Source: Balanoglossus misakiensis
Lineage: Eukaryota > Animalia > Hemichordata
NCBI GenBank assembly: GCA_040954595.2
Contig: CM082589.2
Location: 7,127,186 to 7,191,185, forward strand
DNA length: 64,000 nucleotides
Direction of reading: 5' to 3'
This document shows positions 57,980 to 64,000 of this stretch, piece after piece. The translations under genes and the position numbers were made by a program. Below the pieces are notes generated by a model. It ran no database searches, was not told the DNA's origin, and saw only the letters and a list, made by a program, of their open reading frames with translations. Numbering within the stretch: position 1 is the first letter of the stretch; each line of letters starts with the position of its first letter.

Positions 57980-58693
57980 ATGTGCTGACAGGCTTTACCC
58001 CATCGTACCGATTGTAACTTAAGCGGAGGGTCGTGCACATGCGCGATTTTTGGGTTTGGGAACACACATCGGCATCAGCGTTTTTCCCTCAGTCCAGGGA
58101 GACCCTGCCACCAATATATGCCGTATCAGAGCAACCTGGGAATGTGGAAAAAAGGAACAACCACACTGTTTGTAGTGCTGTACATTGTAGCAGTTACACT
58201 TTGCACCTACTTCGACTTGCTATGGCAACTCTGTCGAATGGGGCTCATACCAGCAGCCGCAGAAGGGACCAACAACCATCTTTTATTACAACTGATTGAA
58301 ACTTTAAAGTCTAAGACCCTTTTCAAGGTTGTCAAACGAGTGAAATACGATCAACAGAAGCAGTAAAATTTTGTTAAACTTTGAGATTACCTTTTTACCC
58401 GTATACAAAACTACAAGTATACCTTTAACATCTTATTAAGACTAATAAATTGCATTGTAATATGACCGTTCAATTTAAAACATAGTCCGAAGTCCTCTTC
58501 CTAAAAGGAACAACCTTTGAAAAATATAAACTTTATACTTAAATACAAATATGCGCATTCCTGCTAAACGAAGCAAACAAATAATATTGAGTACATGACT
58601 GTATATCCAAGCTTTCCGTCCCTGAATAAATCCTTTTGACGACAGAAATATTTGTCGATTTTCTCAATTACAATAGCAAAAAAATACTTGGCG

Positions 58694-58721
58694 GAAGGGA
58701 GGGAGGGAGGGAGGAGGGAGG

Positions 58722-58775
<54 letters not shown>

Positions 58776-58862
58776 AGAGAGAGAGAGAGAGAGAGAGAAA
58801 TCGTGAGAGAGAGACAGAGACAGACAGACAGACAGACAGAAAGACAGACAGACAGACAGACA
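58694..58862. repeat. Compound (GGGA)n(GA)n(GACA)n microsatellite
   Basis: Directly visible. Confidence 0.97.
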
Positions 58863-60294
58863 AACTGAGCATTGGGGGCGCACTCCGAACATAAACTCGC
58901 ACTCATGTGACTCTTGCCATTTTTACTGCAACTTCCTTTATGGACACGGGAGTGATGGCACAGAGCCCGCGAGATTGGAGACGGTAAGATGCGAGTGGAA
59001 CTTGTTTCTTCAGTGGTAGAAGCTCAGTTTACTGTTTCTATACGTACAAGTGTGTGGCTAGGGCTTGATGTATTCTTGGTGAGTGAGTTCAACGTGCCTG
59101 TCATTTCAACTCGTCACTACCCAGGAATGTACACGTAGGTGCAAACATAATTGATATACAGTAACCATTGTGTGAAAAACGCAGCCTTAACTGACGACGT
59201 TCCTCTGTCAACGATTGTCTGATTTCTTGCAGTATGCGTGACTAAGCTTAGAGCTGTTGACAGTACAGTCCGTGATAACACAGCATTGTTACTGGGGTAA
59301 GAAAACAAACTTTCTTTTTACCTTTTACTTTGATATTATTTCAAACCACTTTCGTCGGTTTCGCCTTTAAAACCAAGAACACAGTGTCTCACATGTATGC
59401 GCAGTCGCATTAGATGATTTGACGATGCACTCCGCTGGCAGCGGGAAGTTTCTCAGGACTCAGTTGCAATTTAGAGAGATACTTGTACTCCCCGCGTATA
59501 AATAAAAGCACGCCAGTCTGAGTCCAGTGGCCTCAGCTATCCACCGCTAAGGGCTTGATTTAAGGGCTATCTGCCACGACCGCAAAGCACACCATCTGTT
59601 CCGCGCACAATACCGTTTATTTTCGCTTATTCTACAAAGATAAACTTTACATAGTGATTTTGTGACTCATTAATCACCAGGTAGCTTCATTCATGTACAG
59701 TACTGTCTACTGTCTGTGCTTCATTCAACAAGCGGTGAGTTCTTTCACGGAGTCATTTCAGTTGCATAGTTACAGGACAAGTGTTGACCGTAGCAACGTA
59801 AAGATTGAACCCCTACGCGCTTCAGAAAGCGGGGCGCCACTTGAAGATTAAGAGTCCTTCACCAAACACAGGGCTGGAGTAAATCGCGGCATGCGAAGGG
59901 TCTATATTGCCCCCTTCACCTCAATTTGAGAAAAACTTCCTCTTAACATACTCAGCATAGATACGCCACGTCCACGTATTCAAGGGTCAGCCAGCCATAT
60001 AATCCTTCACTCTTGGTATTTATCACGTTTGTGCGTCACAGCCACAACGCACGACATTTTGTTGTAGGCAGAGCAAGTGGGGAATAAAACGAAAGTTACA
60101 CTCGTGGATTTCTTTCAGGTCAAATAACCAAAGTCTACAAATATTATACATATGTACAAAAAGTATATGCACATTTGAACAAACTAAAACTGGAAGCTGA
60201 ATTTCTCGGTGTCACTTTTGTGAAGTTTGTTTAACAGGATTCTTTTCTTGATATTTCTCATTCCAGTTTTCATCATACAAAATTAATTTAGAAA

Positions 60295-63200
60295 ATGGGC
60301 AATGAAAACAAGAAGCCAACTCCCGACGAAAAAGGTATGTCAATTAAGTCACTATTATTAAAGGGACAAAGTCACTCTCTCGCTGTCCTTTTTCCATTAA
60401 TTATGTTTCATAAAAGACACTATTTATGTTAATGTACATGTGGATATATAGTGAATCAACGTTCAACACACACACCTTCCATCCAGCTTGTAGACACGAG
60501 AGTGAAAAAAAAACCTCGCCAAAAGGAATAATCGGTGTCCACCATTTATTCATTTTGGCCGAGTTTTTACACTCACATAAGTTGTGTGTGGTTGAACGTT
60601 CATTCACTACATATACACATATACATTAAAATGAACGGTGTCTTGTATCAAACATAATTTAATGGAAAAAGGGGCAGCGAGAGAGAGACTTTGTCCCTTT
60701 AATATTATTATTATATTTATGTAATTCTTTATTTAATCATCATTATTATTATTATTATTGATGGCATATATAGGTCTCCTGCATGTATTTTATCTCGAAT
60801 TGGATTTTTTTCAAAACATATGAATTAAGTCCTGCCTTTTTACATGTTTTTTTTTCAGCTGTCGCTCGGACATGCACGAACTACATAAACCATGACGCAA
60901 TAGAAGATATCCTTAAAAATCTTAAGGATGAAAAGTTCGATAAGAGGGATTTAAATTGTATACGTTACTGCCATCGTCTTATCAAGAATCACGAAGCAAA
61001 ACAGGAGGGAGAGGATGACAAGGCACGCTTGAAAGCTCATTTTGGGAATTGCTTACTTTGGAAGTGTGTCATTATGAACGACACTTTCGTTGCCTTTTCG
61101 CGCCTTTTAATGTAACATGTTTACATTGGATGAGTCAGCAATGTTGTAATATTCAAACCCCAGGGGAAGTGCGAAACTTGTCGTCAGCTGTTACAAGTAC
61201 CTGAATCTTTTTACTTTTCTAGGTGGACTGGAATTGCACTCTCCTGAAAATCGAAGGGAAGCACTTAAATGTGACTATAGGCGCAAAGCCGGAGGGTGTT
61301 GATAACTACAAATATAAAGTGTCTGTATATCTGAACCATGAGGAGAAACCCACGAGCGAAATCTCATACGAGGAATCGAAAAGTAATCAACGGTTAGTTT
61401 TCATTTTTGACACATTCCACCTGCCAAGTGTCCGTTAGTGACATTTATGAGCGAGAAAACATGAAAAAACTCGAGTTCATTAATCTACTTGACACCCTCA
61501 ATCCTCAAACGTTGCATGTACAATACTACCGATTTCAAAAACGCCGTGTAAAAACTATGCAGAATGAACTGAACTGCAAATCTTAACGAGGTCAGGTTGA
61601 CTTTCGTTCAGACTTCCAGTAATTTCTCTTCCGGTTTGTAATTGAATAAATTACATTAATCACTACTCGCCTGTCCTCATTCACAGTTTGACTAGACTGA
61701 TCAGCAATTTTTGCAGACAAATTAGCATTTTAAACAATTCATTTTAAACATCTGTGTTCCATCCTGTAGCAAAGCTAAACCCGCTGATGATGCCGACAGA
61801 CAGAAACAAGGTAAGTCACAATTTTTCAAAATGATCTTTAGGATTGTTTCCCCATCCGTTGTCCGTCCGTCTTCACGGTATAGCCATATCGGTACTGATG
61901 ACCCGTCCATTCCTAGTAGATTCAGTGGCGTGGCTTGTGTGTCCACTGACGTTGAGGCTCACGATCATTAAACCGTGAAGCCTAACTCACCGGCGCTATC
62001 ATTTTGTCCGATATAAATCTTCAAAGACTAAGGGAGTCCGATTGTGCATTATGTTTACTATACAAGGAATAATATGCTACCAAACAGTTTTGTCTTACAC
62101 GATTAGCTTATCAAAGGGTGGTACGCCCTATGTGAGCTATGCAGACGGAATACCAAGGCCCTTAGACTAACCGACCTTTGACAACAAATGAGATATGGAA
62201 ATGTGTGCCTCGTGTCGTGTTTGGGCTCTACGCGTACAAATAATCTAATCCGCTGTTGAAGAAATGAGTTAAACTTTGCTGAAACAATATCGGCGACAGC
62301 TTCAATAGTTACACGCCTATTTCATCCTTTCTAACTTTGTGCAACATTGCAACACAGGTATCTGGCCAGAGGAGAAGGATGTCGCCATGCTTAAAGGTCA
62401 GGAAATACTTCAATAGATTTTACTTCATGCTAGGGAGTCAAAATCAAATTGTAATAATTGCATTGTGGGTATAAAGGTCGACGAACCACTGTAGTCTGCC
62501 AGTCTGAGTAAGGGTTTGAAGGAATCACCTTAGAAGTAATTCATGACTTATCTCTTATACTTTACGAAATTCGTTCAAATTGTACACACTTTTTATTTTT
62601 TGCTACAGACAATCAGTATGACCTAACATTAGTTTATATTCCGAACAGCAATTTATTAAAATTGACAAATATCCGCCATCTTGAAATTCTGTCGACCGCA
62701 TGACTTTTTTCACTCACACAGCTAGCAAAATTTAAATAGTACCTCATTGCATTGAACGAAAATCACTTTGCAGGTAACGAATGTGCGCTACGTTGTTCGG
62801 GAGCCATAACCCTGGGAAGTGTCAACAAGATCGAGGCAAAGCTGAAGTCACGTGGGCTTGAATATGGCATGCAACAGTGTCTCCTGTTTGTCAACGAACT
62901 CATAGTTGAGCGGGAAAAGGTAAGTGAGCTTTCCTGTGTTCAACAACCCTGGGGCAGTCCCCAAACGACTGTAGATTGTGCACATTGGTTAAATTCATGT
63001 ACTGATGTACTGTAAAACTGGTTATTTTCGCGAGCAATAAATTTCCGCGAGAGCCAAAAAATAAACCCGTGAAAATAAAAAGTCGCTTAAAATGTTTTTC
63101 GGAGATGACGATGCAGTTAGTGAAATACGAGAACGCGAAAATTAATCCTCGCGTAACAGTTGCCTCTTTCGATATCGCGAAAATTTCCTGTCGCGAAAAT

Positions 63201-63964
63201 AACCCGTTTTACAGTACATGTAGTATTATTAATGTAGAAATTTAGTCCGCTGTATGTCAATTAACACTTTTGTATCACATGCTCCCATGGTTGTCATAAT
63301 CATTGTACTGTATTTGTCCAAGTGCAGCCGTAATGTCCGCATTAATTGTTGTATTTGTTTTCGGTTTTCATCACGAAGGATATGGAGAAAGTTTTGATCA
63401 AAATATGCTGTGATGGTAGGATAGTCACTATTCGATCGGGAGATGATGACAACATAAAAGTCTTATACATCAGTCTGAATGAGAAGAGACAACCGTTCCT
63501 GGTGGAGGACGCCGAAGAGAAGTTAGAAGAAATTGGACGCAGACACTCAGAACACGTTGCCGGTAATTAAACACATTCCAACCAAATGTGCTGTATTTGA
63601 AAGCTTCTACAGAGAACCTATGAAAGTTTTTATCTCAATTATCGAGTACATGCATTCAAGTTCATTACCTGGGAAACACCAGCAACATCTTCGAACACCA
63701 GCATGGCTCATGGCAATGGATCAAACGGAAAACGGGCGATGTCACTTGCATTGGAGGGACCCAACGTTCTTTTTTGGGTGAATGAAGTAGGAATTTTGAG
63801 AACTTTGAGTTGTATATAGTATGTTTTTTTTTGCGTTCTTGCTGCAGAGATGGAAAGGCTCGACTCTCGTGAGATAGCTGGCGAATACGAAGACAATCAC
63901 TTGAATGGTCCCGGGAGAGTATATGACAATTGGAGCGTTTCCGATGGGAGCAGTTCGCAATCAA
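60295..63964 (+). CDS. Uncharacterised paralog of U1 (gene U2), 3'-partial, at least two modules
   Basis: Exons 60295-60334 (MGNENKKPTPDEK), 60859-61022 (YINHDAIEDI...LNCIRYCHRLI; probable GC donor), 61223-61382, small linker exons ~61770/61775-61810 and 62358-62396 (boundaries uncertain), 62774-62919, 63379-63562, 63848-63964. Similar to U1 and has the same phase-1/0/1 module structure. Confidence 0.68.
60362..60698. mobile_element. Kolobok-type MITE (TTAA TSD, AGG...CCT ends)
   Basis: ttaa|agggacaaagtc.ctctctcgctg.cc.ttttccattaa ... ttaatggaaaaaggggcagcgagagagagactttgtccct|ttaa. A degenerate relative lies at ~32020-32135. Confidence 0.78.
63008..63216. mobile_element. MITE with TACTGTAAAA...TTTTACAGTA ends (copy 2)
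   Basis: Paralog of 1558-1768. Confidence 0.8.
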
Positions 63965-64000
63965 GTAAGAAAAAAATAATAGACTATTATTTTTTTTTCT

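Overview
This is AT-rich, intron-containing metazoan DNA; an invertebrate is inferred from gene and transposon content, but the species cannot be determined. Genes from left to right: (1) HBS1L on the minus strand, cut at the left edge, with a ~2 kb SKI7-type alternative exon; (2) RPS21, head-to-head with HBS1L; (3) ANKRD29, one exon per ankyrin repeat; (4) a divergent pair of paralogous double-hotdog thioesterase-like genes; (5) two paralogous uncharacterised genes built from tandem copies of a ~100-aa two-exon module that I cannot assign to any family. Repeats include a 5-kb Academ-like DNA transposon with nested content, many MITEs and hairpin mini-elements with target-site duplications (TSDs), microsatellites, and a 14.4-kb 88-bp satellite array. 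The array switches orientation four times and sits inside a 189-bp tandem array, which in turn splits a MITE. All gene models were built by hand from splice signals, phase consistency and recalled protein similarity; no database searches were run.
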